Source of the DNA: Verrucomicrobiales bacterium
GTDB lineage: Bacteria; Verrucomicrobiota; Verrucomicrobiia; Verrucomicrobiales; SLCJ01
DNA: 64,000 bases
Reading direction: 5' to 3'
Assembly (NCBI GenBank): GCA_046075565.1
Contig: JBJTQJ010000108.1
Span: forward strand, 1 to 64,000
The notes below the pieces were generated by a model. That model did no database searches. It was not told the origin of the DNA and was given only the letters and a program-made list of their open reading frames with translations. Positions within the stretch are counted from its first letter, which is position 1; each line of letters begins with the position of its first letter. Position numbers and translations under genes: made by a program. This document shows positions 1 through 10,257 of the stretch, in pieces.

Positions 1-1261
1 CTTTCTCCCCCGCGTGAAAGATGCGGATGAGTTTCTATTCATCGCGATGCACGGAGACGGATGCAGGCAACCAATCGGGCACACCGGGGCTGTGGGGGAA
101 ATACTGGAACACGGCTTTGCCCGTGAGTTTTTCTCCCCGGAGTGAGGGCATGATGCTCGCGCCGTCTTGGATCTGGCCCGCTTGCGGTTTCAAGTCCAGA
201 CCTTCCAACAGGGTGGGATAGTAATCTTCGCTTTGGATCAACGCGTCACTGCGTGTGTCTGGCTGGGTGATGCCGGGCCAGACGATGATACAGGGCACGC
301 GCGTGCCGCCTTCAAACAGAGTGGCTTTGCCGCCGCGCCATGGTTTGTTGCTAGTGGGGGTGGTGTCATCGACGCGATCATACATATTGCCGCCCTTATC
401 GGAGGTAAAAATGATGATGGTATTGTCGGCGAGTTTCAGACGGTCGAGCGCATCGAGCAGGGTGCCGACCGCGTCATCCATGCTTTCGACCATCGCGGCA
501 TAGGTGGGACTGCGCTGAGGACTCTCCGGGTCCACGCGGGCGCGGTGTTTTTCGATGAGTTCTTTCTTGGCATGGAAGGGAGCGTGGACACTGAACATCC
601 AATAATTGAAGTAGAATGGCTCGTCCTTGTGCTTTTCCATGAAAGCGACGGCTTCTTTGGCCATGCGATCCTCGATGTGTTGATTGGGCTCGGCGGGATC
701 AGCTTAGAAGTCTTTGAATTTCCAAGGGGCGACAAAACTGCCCGCGGGTCCCGGTCCGGGCCAATGCGGCAGATCGACATCGAAGCCGTGTTCCAAGGCC
801 GAGTAGGGTTCGGAACCGAGATGCCATTTTCCAAAGTGGCCCGTCACATAGCCAGCACTTTTCAGAGACTTCGAAAGGGTTGGGTAAGTCGTTTGCAAGC
901 GGGTCACCACGGTCGGAGAAATGGCGTGTTCGATAGGCGCGGCCTTTTTCCCGGCTTCCGCCTTCAGGACTACTTCGGGTAGGTGGCACATCGGTGAGGT
1001 AATGCCGGTGCGGGCAGGGCTGAGTCCGGTGAGGATAGCCGAGCGAGTGGGCGAGCAGAGAGGACTGGCCGAGCAGGCACTGGAAAAGGTTAACCCGCGT
1101 TTGGCCAAGCGCTCGAGGTTCGGTGTTTGGTAGAATTTCGTGGTGCCGTAAAGCGTGGTGTCGCTCCAGCCAAGGTCATCGGTGAGGATGAAGATCAAGT
1201 TCGGCTTTTTGGCTGCGGCTGCCGGCAGCGTGAGCAGGAGGAATAGAAGAATGAATCGCAT
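1..1261 (-). pseudogene. Secreted sulfatase (S1, formylglycine-dependent) with two in-frame stops; runs off the window edge
   Basis: Signal peptide, [18 protein letters not shown] signature and GKWHLG. ORFs 704..1261 and 35..664 are in the same frame, separated by TAA at 704-706. A second stop, TAG at 35-37, sits in RDE*KLIRIFH where Trp is expected. Confidence 0.85.
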
Positions 1262-1596
1262 GGCAGGTAGGTGGTGAAGTGATGCGGACTGAAGCCTGCG
1301 CCGCAGTATAGCCGAGTGTAGCCCGACTTACAGATGACATATTCTGATTTTCTGGAAAACCATGAAGATCCAGCTGCTTCGCGGGAAGATTTTGTCCAGC
1401 GCCCGGCGGGAGGAGGGAGGCTGCCTTTAAAATCCCGAAAAGCCACGGCAGGCGGTCCGTGCAGTGCTTTGGTGCTCATGGGCTGGCGAGCCGAAACAGG
1501 CTGAATCCCCCACCCCAAGGGCGGCGCGGAATTTTGGCAAGATTTATGGCCTGGAAACGTATAGAGTTTGCCGATCCGCGCTTCCACCCCGCCGCC

Positions 1597-4500
1597 ATGC
1601 GTCCAATCCCCCGACCTTCGTACCGGTTGCTTTGTCTCATCGCGATTTTTCCCGCCACCATCGGGTTGAGCCGGGCTGAAGAAAAACTGTCGTTCAACAC
1701 GCACATCCAGCCGCTTCTTTCCGAGTATTGCTACCACTGCCACGGGCCGGATTCGGGAACCCGCAAACCGAAAGACGCTCCCCTGCGGCTCGACCGGGAG
1801 GAATTGGCTTTCTTGGCCCGTGAACACGGCAAACCATCCATTATTAAGGGAAACCCCGCCGAATCCGATGTCGTCAAACGCATGCGATCGACGAAAGAAT
1901 CCGAGATCATGCCGCCTCCGGAATCGCACAAGACGATGAAGGCGGAGGAAATCGCCATTATTGAGCGTTGGATCAAGGAAGGCGCGGAATATGAGGAACA
2001 CTGGTCCTTCATACCGCCGCAAAAGCACCCCGTGCCAACGCTACCTGAGAGTGCGCCCGCCGAATGGAAAAAAACTGCCACGGATGCATTCCTGTTCGCG
2101 GCCATGGACAAGCAGGGACTCTCCCCCAATGCGCCCGAGGAAAAGAGCCGTCTTCTTCGCCGGGTGACCTTCGATCTCACCGGCCTCCCCCCCACCCCGG
2201 AAGAAACTTCCGCGTTCCTCGCCGACACCTCGCCCGATGCTTATGAAAAGGTGGTGAGTCGTTTGCTAGCCAGTCCGCGTTATGGCGAGCACATGGCGCG
2301 CCATTGGCTCGATGCAGCCCGTTATGCCGACACCCACGGCATCCACATCGACAACTACCGCTCGATCTGGCCCTATCGCGATTGGGTCATCAAGGCCATC
2401 AACGACAACATGCCTTTCGATCAATTCACCATCGAACAGATAGGCGGCGACATGTTGCCCGAGGCCACCATCCAGCAGAATGTCGCCACCGGATTCAACC
2501 GATGCCTTCCGACCACCGGCGAAGGCGGAGCGATCCCCGAGGAATACCTCGCCATCTACGCCAAGGACCGTGTAGAGACCACGAGCGGTGTCTGGCTCGG
2601 CCTGACCATGGGTTGCGCCGCCTGCCACGATCACAAGTTCGACCCGATATCCATGAAGGACTTTTATGCCTTCTCCGCATTTTTCCGCAACACGCCAATG
2701 AGTGGGCTCGATGGGAACAAAGCCGACCATCCGCCGAATCTTTTCATCCCGAACGAGGCCGACCAGCAACGACTCCAGACCATTCCCGCGGAGAAAAAAA
2801 ACCTCGCCGATACCATCGCAGCGCGCGAAAAATCCGCGGAATCGGATTTCCTCGCTTGGGTCGCCAGTTCCGCTTCGCTACCCGCCATACCGGCGGCCGA
2901 TTGGGCATTGCCCGAGCCAGAAAAGCAGTTGGCCAAAGGCGAACGTCGTGACGGCCCATTCGGCGGGTTCGCCCGCTCACTCAATGGCTCCAAGGATAGC
3001 GTGGTGACGGAGTCTTTTGAACTCGACACGCCCGATTCCTTCACCCTCTCGGTCTGGCTGCGCCCAGAAGGCACGCCCGGAGGAGCAATCATCGCCAAAA
3101 TGGACCCTGGCCAAGATTTCCGGGGATGGGACCTTTGGCTGGAGGGAGGCAGAATCGGAATGCATCTCGTGAACCACTGGCCCGACAATTCTCTCAAAGT
3201 GGTCGCCAAGAACGCCCTCGAGAACAACCGCTGGAATCATGTCCTCATCCGTCGCGACGGGAGCAAACCCGGTATCGACGGAATGTCCATCCGCGTGAAT
3301 GGAATGCCCGAAGCTTTCGAGGCGATGAACAACTCCCTCACGGGGACCATCAAAAACAATGTTCCCCTCCGCCTCGGAGCACGTCACAAAAGCGAAAGCC
3401 GCATCAATGGAGGTTCGGTCGCAATCCACGACTTGCGCATCAACCGCCAAGCTTTGCCCGATGATGTCGCTGATGCCATCGGTATTGCTCCCTCCATTGC
3501 GGCACTTCTCGCTCTTCCTGTTGAAAAACGCACCGCCGACAAAGCGAAGAGCGCTTTTGGTTACTATCTCGCCAAAAATGTGCCAGAACTGGCCGAGCCG
3601 CGCTCCAAACTCACCGCCCTCGAAGCGGAAGAAGTTGCCATTCGCCAACGCGGCCAGATCACCCTCGTGATGAAGGAGAACGCGGATTCGAAACCCGTGG
3701 CCAGAATCTTCGAACGCGGGGAATACAGCAAACCGGGGGAGGAAGTTGCCGCCAATGTCCCGGCCGACCTTCCTCAACTCGCGGCCGACCAACCCGCGAA
3801 CCGCCTCGGTCTCGCCCGCTGGCTGGTGGACCGCTCCAATCCCCTCACCGCACGCGTGACCGTGAATCGCGTGTGGCATCAATTCTTCGGCACCGGCATC
3901 GTCGAAACGACCGAGGACTTCGGCATCATGGGCGCGCGCCCGTCCCATCCGGAATTGCTCGACACCCTCGCTGTTGAACTCATGGATTCCGCATGGAACA
4001 TGAAGGAACTCTCCCGCCGGATTGTTCTCACCGCCGTTTATCGCCAGAGCGCACGAAGCACGCCGGAAAAACTGGAGAAGGATCCACGCAACCGCCTGCT
4101 CGCCCGCGCGCCGAGAGTTCGTCTCGACGCGGAGCCGCTCCGCGACCTCGCTCTTTTCTCCTCCGGTATTATGGTAGAGAAGCTGGGCGGCCCCTCGGTA
4201 AAACCCTACCAACCGGAAGGCGTATGGGAAGCCGTGGCGATGAAGGAGAGTAACACGCGGTTCTACAAGCAGGAAGAGGGTGAGGCACTCTACCGCCGCA
4301 GCCTCTACACCTTCTGGAAGCGCACCGCTCCCCACCCGGCCATGGAAACCCTGAATGCGCCATCAAGAGAGGTTTTCTGCACCCGCCGCGAACGGACCAA
4401 CACCCCGTTGCAAGCGCTGGTGTTGATGAATGACCCCCAGTTTGTCGAAGCCTGCCGCGCCCTCGCGGCCCGCACGCTGAAAGAAACGGCAGACACGGAC

Positions 4501-4743
4501 AGCCGCCTCAATACCATTGCCAATCGTCTGCTCGCCCGGGCTCCGGATGACCGCGAGCGCGCCGTGCTGAAGTCTTCGCTGGATGATTTCCTCACCACGT
4601 TCCGCGCCGAACCGGAAGAAGCGAAGAAGTTGATTTCCATCGGAGCCACTCCACCGCCCGCCGATGCCGACCCGGCTGAGCTCGCGGCCTGGACCCTGGT
4701 GGCCAGCCAAATTCTCAACATGGACGAATGTGTAACCCGCTGA
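1597..4743 (+). CDS. Planctomycete cytochrome c / DUF1549 / LamG-like / DUF1553 protein
   Basis: CYHCH and CAACH CxxCH motifs, LLRRVTFDLTGLPP, YGEHMARHWLDAARYADT, NRVWHQFFGTGIV and NTPLQAL. Start placed at ATG 1597 ahead of a signal peptide. Confidence 0.9.
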   Translation: MRPIPRPSYRLLCLIAIFPATIGLSRAEEKLSFNTHIQPLLSEYCYHCHGPDSGTRKPKDAPLRLDREELAFLAREHGKPSIIKGNPAESDVVKRMRSTKESEIMPPPESHKTMKAEEIAIIERWIKEGAEYEEHWSFIPPQKHPVPTLPESAPAEWKKTATDAFLFAAMDKQGLSPNAPEEKSRLLRRVTFDLTGLPPTPEETSAFLADTSPDAYEKVVSRLLASPRYGEHMARHWLDAARYADTHGIHIDNYRSIWPYRDWVIKAINDNMPFDQFTIEQIGGDMLPEATIQQNVATGFNRCLPTTGEGGAIPEEYLAIYAKDRVETTSGVWLGLTMGCAACHDHKFDPISMKDFYAFSAFFRNTPMSGLDGNKADHPPNLFIPNEADQQRLQTIPAEKKNLADTIAAREKSAESDFLAWVASSASLPAIPAADWALPEPEKQLAKGERRDGPFGGFARSLNGSKDSVVTESFELDTPDSFTLSVWLRPEGTPGGAIIAKMDPGQDFRGWDLWLEGGRIGMHLVNHWPDNSLKVVAKNALENNRWNHVLIRRDGSKPGIDGMSIRVNGMPEAFEAMNNSLTGTIKNNVPLRLGARHKSESRINGGSVAIHDLRINRQALPDDVADAIGIAPSIAALLALPVEKRTADKAKSAFGYYLAKNVPELAEPRSKLTALEAEEVAIRQRGQITLVMKENADSKPVARIFERGEYSKPGEEVAANVPADLPQLAADQPANRLGLARWLVDRSNPLTARVTVNRVWHQFFGTGIVETTEDFGIMGARPSHPELLDTLAVELMDSAWNMKELSRRIVLTAVYRQSARSTPEKLEKDPRNRLLARAPRVRLDAEPLRDLALFSSGIMVEKLGGPSVKPYQPEGVWEAVAMKESNTRFYKQEEGEALYRRSLYTFWKRTAPHPAMETLNAPSREVFCTRRERTNTPLQALVLMNDPQFVEACRALAARTLKETADTDSRLNTIANRLLARAPDDRERAVLKSSLDDFLTTFRAEPEEAKKLISIGATPPPADADPAELAAWTLVASQILNMDECVTR

Positions 4744-4766
4744 ACCTCCTACCCTTCTAACAAGCC

Positions 4767-6236
4767 ATGAATACCCCTCTTCTTGATCACAATATGGCGG
4801 TCAGCCGCCGCCAGTTTTTTCGCCGTCATGCCATGGGACTCGGCGGTGTCGCGCTCGGTTCTTTGATCGGCCAGACGCTTGGTGGTTTCGCCAACGCCGC
4901 TGCAACCGGCACGGCTCCAGCGCCCATCCCCGGCATCCGCCCGCGCGCCAAACGCGCCATCTACCTCTCGATGCTTGGCGCGCCCTCGCAGATGGATCTT
5001 TTCGATTACAAGCCCGGTCTCAACGACCTGTTCGACACCGATTTGCCCGACACCATCCGCCAAGGTCAGCGCATCACCGGCATGACCTCCGGCCAAAGCC
5101 GCCTGCCGATCGCGCCCAGCATGTTCAAGTTCCAGCAATACGGCGAGAGCCGCGCCTGGGTCTCCGAGTTGATGCCATGGACGGCGAAAATGGTCGATGA
5201 CTTGTGTTTCATCAAATCGATGTATACCGAGGCCATCAACCATGAACCGGCCAATCAGCTCATCTACACCGGCAGCATGCAGAGCGGCAAGGCCTCGCTG
5301 GGCTCATGGCTTTCGTATGGCCTCGGCACCCTCAACGAGAATCTCCCGACCTTCGTTGTATTGCACGCGCGCCACACCAGCCCGTTCTCCAACGTGCAGG
5401 CCATCTCCGGACGCCTCTGGGGCGCCGGATTCCTCCCCGCCCACCATGCCGGTGTGGCACTTCGATCGGTTGGGGATCCCGTGCTTTACCTGCAGGATCC
5501 TGCGGGTGTGTCCCGCGAGACCCGCCGTCGCATGTTGGATGGTCTCGGCGAGCTGAACCGCATGACCTTCGAAAAAATGGGCGATCCGGAAACCGAAGCC
5601 CGTCTCAAGCAATACGAAATGGCCTTCCGTATGCAAGCTTCCGTGCCCGAGCTCGCCGACATCGGCGTGGAATCCGAAGAGACCATCGAACTCTACGGTC
5701 CGGAAACCCGCGACCGTGGCTCCTTCGCCAACTCATGTCTCATGGCCCGCCGCCTGCTCGAACGCGGCGTGCGCTTCGTGCAAATCTTCCATCGTGGATG
5801 GGACCAGCACGGCAATCTCCCCCGCGACCTCCGTGCCCAATGCGGCGACGTCGATCGCGCTTGTTATGGACTCGTCCAGGATCTAAAGCGGCGTGGATTG
5901 CTTGAAGACACCATGGTCATTTGGGGTGGAGAGTTCGGACGCACCGTCTATTGCCAGGGCGCCCTCAAACGCGACGACTACGGGCGTGACCACCACCCCC
6001 GCGCCTTCACCATCTGGGCCACCGGTGGCGGCATCCGCCCCGGCATGGTTTACGGCGAGACCGATGACTTCTCATATAACATCACCCAAGATCCCGTCCA
6101 TATTCGCGATCTACACGCCACCATCCTCAATCAGTTCGGCATCAAACACGACTCCCTGACCTTCAAATTCCAGGGCCTCGACCAGAAACTGACCGGAGTC
6201 GATCCCGCGCGCGTGTTGAAGGAGATTCTGATCTAG
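4767..6236 (+). CDS. DUF1501 domain protein with Tat signal
   Basis: SRRQFF twin-arginine leader, [26 protein letters not shown] and GRDHHP. Usual partner of DUF1553 genes. Confidence 0.9.
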   Translation: MNTPLLDHNMAVSRRQFFRRHAMGLGGVALGSLIGQTLGGFANAAATGTAPAPIPGIRPRAKRAIYLSMLGAPSQMDLFDYKPGLNDLFDTDLPDTIRQGQRITGMTSGQSRLPIAPSMFKFQQYGESRAWVSELMPWTAKMVDDLCFIKSMYTEAINHEPANQLIYTGSMQSGKASLGSWLSYGLGTLNENLPTFVVLHARHTSPFSNVQAISGRLWGAGFLPAHHAGVALRSVGDPVLYLQDPAGVSRETRRRMLDGLGELNRMTFEKMGDPETEARLKQYEMAFRMQASVPELADIGVESEETIELYGPETRDRGSFANSCLMARRLLERGVRFVQIFHRGWDQHGNLPRDLRAQCGDVDRACYGLVQDLKRRGLLEDTMVIWGGEFGRTVYCQGALKRDDYGRDHHPRAFTIWATGGGIRPGMVYGETDDFSYNITQDPVHIRDLHATILNQFGIKHDSLTFKFQGLDQKLTGVDPARVLKEILI

Positions 6237-6455
6237 ACACAAGACTTCAAGACACCCCTGACCCTGTCGGGGCAAGAAGACTCAAGACTTGAAGATGCAC
6301 CGAGGCGCGCATTGGTTCTGATGCGTTGCGGAGTCCTCAGCTACGGAACGTGAAGGGGTTCCCGACATGCTTCCAACTTGGCAGATGCCAGAGGAGGCTC
6401 ACGGTCTTGTGTCTTGTGTCTTGTGTCTTTGAGCGAAGCGGTCTTGCGTCTTCTC
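6235..6455. repeat. Heptamer-repeat inverted element (AAGAC units left, GTCTT units right) between convergent genes
   Basis: AAGAC at 6241, 6249, 6277 and 6284. (GTCTTGT)3 from 6404. 6425-6446 is the exact reverse complement of 48961-48982. Confidence 0.8.
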
Positions 6456-6458
6456 CGT

Positions 6459-7952
6459 TCACTCCCCCCTCGCCTTTTTCAATTGCGGGAAGAGCACTAC
6501 ATCGCGGATGGTCGGGGCGCCGGTGAGCATCATGACCAAGCGATCAATTCCGATACCGATGCCACCCGCCGGCGGCATGCCGTGTTCGAGGGTTTCGATG
6601 AAATCGTAATCCACTTTCTGCGACTCCCCGCCGCTCTGGTGTTCAAGTCGCTGGCGCTGGACATCCGGGTCATTCAGCTCCGAATACCCCGGAGAAATCT
6701 CCTGACCGTTGATGACCAATTCATACACATCAACCATCGATGGATCCTGGCCATTCAGCTTGGCCAAGGGAACTAACTCGCTTGAAACATGCGTGACAAA
6801 GACCGGATCAAAGGACTTTTCCTCCACTAACTTCTCGAAGACCTGCTGTGTGACCTCGTAGCCCTCCATCGCCGGGGAGATTTCCACCCCAAGTTCGCCG
6901 CAACGCGCACGGCGTCCTTCGTCCGATAGCTCGAACCAATCCGCGCCCGCCGCGCCCTCGACCAGTTCGCGATAGGGTGCGCGTTTCCACGGGCGAGACA
7001 AGTCGATCACGCGAGTCACTTCGCCTTCATCATTCTTGTGTTCGATGCGGAGCCCGCCACAGAATTTTTCGGCCAAATGGCAAACCATATCTTCAACCAT
7101 GTCGGCCATCTGCTCGAAGTCGGAATAAGCCCAATAGGCTTCCAGCATGGTGAACTCCGGATTGTGACGACGTGAAATGCCCTCGTTGCGGAAGTTCCTG
7201 TTCAATTCGAAAATGCGCGTGTAACCTCCGACCAGCAGGCGCTTCAGGAAGAGTTCCGGCGCGATGCGCAAGGTCAAGGGCATGCCAAGGGCATTATGAT
7301 AGGTCTCGAATGGACGCGCCGCCGCGCCACCGGCCACGTCCTGCAGCATCGGGGTTTCCACTTCGAGGAACCCGCGCGCTTCCATGAACCGTCGGATCTC
7401 GGAGATCATACGGGAACGCGCCACGAACAACGCCGCGCTCTCTTCATTCGCCATCAAATCCAAATGACGTTTCCGGTATTTGGCCTCCCGGTCGGCCAAG
7501 CCGTGCCACTTGTCCGGCATCGGACGCAGGGACTTCGAGAGCACCGTCAGATCCGTCACCTTCACCGTCGGCTCGCCGCGTTTGGTGAGGAAAGTCTCGC
7601 CCGTCAGGCCGACCCAATCGCCGCGATCCACCTGCTTCCAAATTTCCCACAGTCGCTCCTCGACATCGTTTTTCCCGATGTAGCCCTGGATGCGCCCGTG
7701 GATATCGCCGACCACAAAGAAATTTGATTTCCCCATGTCGCGGATGGCCAAAACCCGTCCGGCCAAGGTCACGGTTTTTCCTTCCTCGAAGGCAGCCTTC
7801 AAATCTCCGGGCGTGGTGTCGGTCGCGAACTTCGAACCAAACGGATCCACCCCCATCTCGCGGAGACGGGCCATCTTCTCACGACGGACGGCGATCAATC
7901 CCGCTTCATCGGAAGCGGCGCCGGTCGGGTTCTGCGTATTTTCTTCTGTCAT
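6459..7952 (-). CDS. lysS: Lysine--tRNA ligase (class II)
   Basis: OB-fold N-terminus, FLEVETPML, LRIAPELFLKRL, FRNEGISRRHNPEFTMLE and GMPPAGGIGIGIDRL. Confidence 0.97.
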   Translation of the reverse strand: MTEENTQNPTGAASDEAGLIAVRREKMARLREMGVDPFGSKFATDTTPGDLKAAFEEGKTVTLAGRVLAIRDMGKSNFFVVGDIHGRIQGYIGKNDVEERLWEIWKQVDRGDWVGLTGETFLTKRGEPTVKVTDLTVLSKSLRPMPDKWHGLADREAKYRKRHLDLMANEESAALFVARSRMISEIRRFMEARGFLEVETPMLQDVAGGAAARPFETYHNALGMPLTLRIAPELFLKRLLVGGYTRIFELNRNFRNEGISRRHNPEFTMLEAYWAYSDFEQMADMVEDMVCHLAEKFCGGLRIEHKNDEGEVTRVIDLSRPWKRAPYRELVEGAAGADWFELSDEGRRARCGELGVEISPAMEGYEVTQQVFEKLVEEKSFDPVFVTHVSSELVPLAKLNGQDPSMVDVYELVINGQEISPGYSELNDPDVQRQRLEHQSGGESQKVDYDFIETLEHGMPPAGGIGIGIDRLVMMLTGAPTIRDVVLFPQLKKARGE

Positions 7953-8074
7953 GGGAACCCCAACCCTAGCGCGTTCCCGGCAAGGGGAAAGGGGAAGTTG
8001 GATGTCGCGGGGAGACGGCGACACCATCGGCTTCATCTCATCACCCGTGAACGCCGACAGCCTCTCCGGCACCC

Positions 8075-8157
8075 GGGAACGCCGACGTCCTCGTCGGCAT
8101 TTTCAGGGAATGCTCATCTCTTCCCCGCCAGAAGCCGACGGGGACGTCGGCGATCCC
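8075..8157. repeat. Inverted REP-like doublet (REPIN-like), family A
   Basis: GGGAACGCCGACGTCCTCGTCGGC (8075-8098) and its inverted copy (8134-8157), 22/24 identical. Each has a GCCGACG/CGTCGGC internal palindrome. Confidence 0.75.
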
Positions 8158-8222
8158 ATCCTGAACCCAGGGCCGGTCGTGAGCAGCTTAAATATTCCCA
8201 CCCCGGAGTCCGTTATTTTTTC

Positions 8223-9914
8223 ATGCGCTTTCCTACCTCCTTCCCACTCACCGTCTCCCGGGTTCTTTTTGCCGCGACATGTATGCTGCTGGCAGGACCA
8301 CTGGTTGCACAGACACCGGTGAAACCCGAGGCGATGGAAAAATGGCAGGACGCCCGGTTCGGGATGTTCATCCACTGGGGACCGGTCTCCTTAACCGGTC
8401 GGGAGATTGGCTGGTCGCGCGGGAAGGAAACGCCGGTGGAAGAATACGACAAACTTTACCAGCGCTTCAATCCGGAAAAATTCGATGCCGACGCATGGGT
8501 CGAGGTCGCGAAGGCGGCGGGCATGAAATACATGGTCCTGACGACCAAACATCATGACGGATTCTGCCTCTGGGATTCCAAAGCGACGGAATACGATATT
8601 GCGGCGACACCTTTCAAACGGGATGTGGTGAAGGAACTCGCCGCCGCCTGATAAAAAGGCGGCATTGGTTTCGGCACATACTACTCGACCTGCGATTGGC
8701 ACCATCCTGATTTCCCCCGCACCAGCCCGGGCGGGAAAGTGAAACGGGAGAAACATGATCTCGACCGCTACACAGAGTATCTGAAAGCCCAAACGACCGA
8801 GTTGTTGAGCAACTATGGCCCCCTTTTCACCATCTGGTATGATGTGCCCCAGGAGTTCGATGCCAAACGCGGGCAGTCGGTCATCGAACTGGCGCGTTCC
8901 ATCCAGCCCAACATCGTCATCAACAACCGCACCGGCGCTCCGGGAGATTACGATACACCCGAGCAACGGATCGGGGGCTTCCAGATGGATCGTCCTTGGG
9001 AGACTTGTATGACCATTTGCAAACAATGGGCATGGAAACCGGGAGACGAGATGAAGAGCTTCGACGTGTGCGTGCATACGTTGCTGCGCACGGTGGGTGG
9101 TGATGGGAATTTGCTATTCAATGTCGGCCCGCAACCGGACGGACTCATCGAGGAGCGGCAGGTAAAACGCTTGCGTAAAATGGGCGAATGGGTCGGACGC
9201 CATGCCGAGGCGATCTATGGAACCCGCGGAGGCCCGTATATGCCGAAAGCCAATCTGGCCAGCACGCGGAAAGGCCAACGGATCTACCTGCATGTCCTCC
9301 GGTGGCCGGAAAAAGGGCTGCGGTTGCCCGCTCTGGCGGCGAAGGTGAAGTCGGCAGCCCTATTGGATGGAACCAGCGTGGAGGTCAAAGTGGTGGAGAA
9401 GGAGTGGTTGCTGGACGTGCCCGCGGAAAAGCGTGATCCCGTGGCGACTGTTATCATGTTGGAACCGGACTCCGATGCCATGGCGTTGCTTCCAGTATCC
9501 ACCGTGAGTGGGCTCGCAAACCAAGGTGCCAAACTGAGCGCATCAGCGGTCTTCAAAGAATTACCGGAATATGCCGCCGGCATGGCCGCCGATGGGGATC
9601 CGTCGACCCGCTGGGCCACGCCCGCCGGGACCAAAGAGGCTTGGCTGGAAATCGATTTGGGAGCCGAAAAATCCTTCCGCAGCATGGAGATTGATGAGGC
9701 CACTGCGATCGACAAAGGTATGCGTGCCAGAGTCCTCGGCTTCCAGATCGAGATCAAGGATGGCAACCAATGGAAACCGATCTACCATGGAAAAGGCATC
9801 GGCGAACACAAGATCTGCCCTTTTCCTTCCGCCATCCGAGCCCGTTTCTTCCGCATCCGAATCACCGACGCGACCGATGGGCCAACCTTGCAGGAAGTCA
9901 GGTTGTTGGAGTAG
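8223..9914 (+). pseudogene. GH29 alpha-L-fucosidase with C-terminal F5/8 (CBM32-like) domain, interrupted by TGA-TAA at 8649-8654
   Basis: WQDARFGMFIHWG, VLTTKHHDGFCLW, IWYD, PWETCMT and GNLLFNVGP. The frame continues across the stops: ELAAA**KGGIGFGTYYSTCDWHHPD. Confidence 0.85.
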
Positions 9915-9931
9915 CGCGCAGGCAAGGAATG

Positions 9932-9969
9932 AATCCCAACGGGGTTCTGGGACGCAATCCCTTCGGGAT
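9932..9969. repeat. Paired short hairpins (AATCCCAACGGGGTT / ATCCCTTCGGGAT), REP-like remnant
   Basis: Two related palindromes just after the fucosidase stop codon. Confidence 0.45.
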
Positions 9970-10257
9970 AGGGGAACCCTCGCGAGATGGTGTAGTTTTG
10001 GCAATGGCCAAAGCGCAGCATTTCAATTCTGTGCTGAGATATCCCACCAAAATTGGTGAGGAACCAACTTCGACTACTGGCAACCTGCAAAAAAATCGGA
10101 GGGTTGGGATCCGCGTCAGCGGTTACGACCGTGACTTTCAGAGGAATGGCAGAGGAGATCGCCAAACATGGCCCATCGTTCGCGCGGGCAACGGACACGA
10201 CCCTCCGGGATCGTGTCCCTCCGGATGGTGGGCGGAAAGAATTCCGCCACATCCTCC

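Noticed and set aside
2977-4335. Long antisense ORFs (also 24364-25608, 28555-29619, 43534-44697, 57213-58499 and others)
   Set aside because: Shadow frames opposite well-supported genes, as expected at high GC. They carry no recognisable motifs.
6235-6455. CRISPR array (also considered for 48948-49094)
   Set aside because: Units are 7-bp tandem repeats without regular unique spacers, and no cas genes are present.
8649-8651. Selenocysteine at the TGA that replaces Cys in the fucosidase
   Set aside because: The TGA is followed immediately by TAA, so no product could continue. The position is not catalytic.
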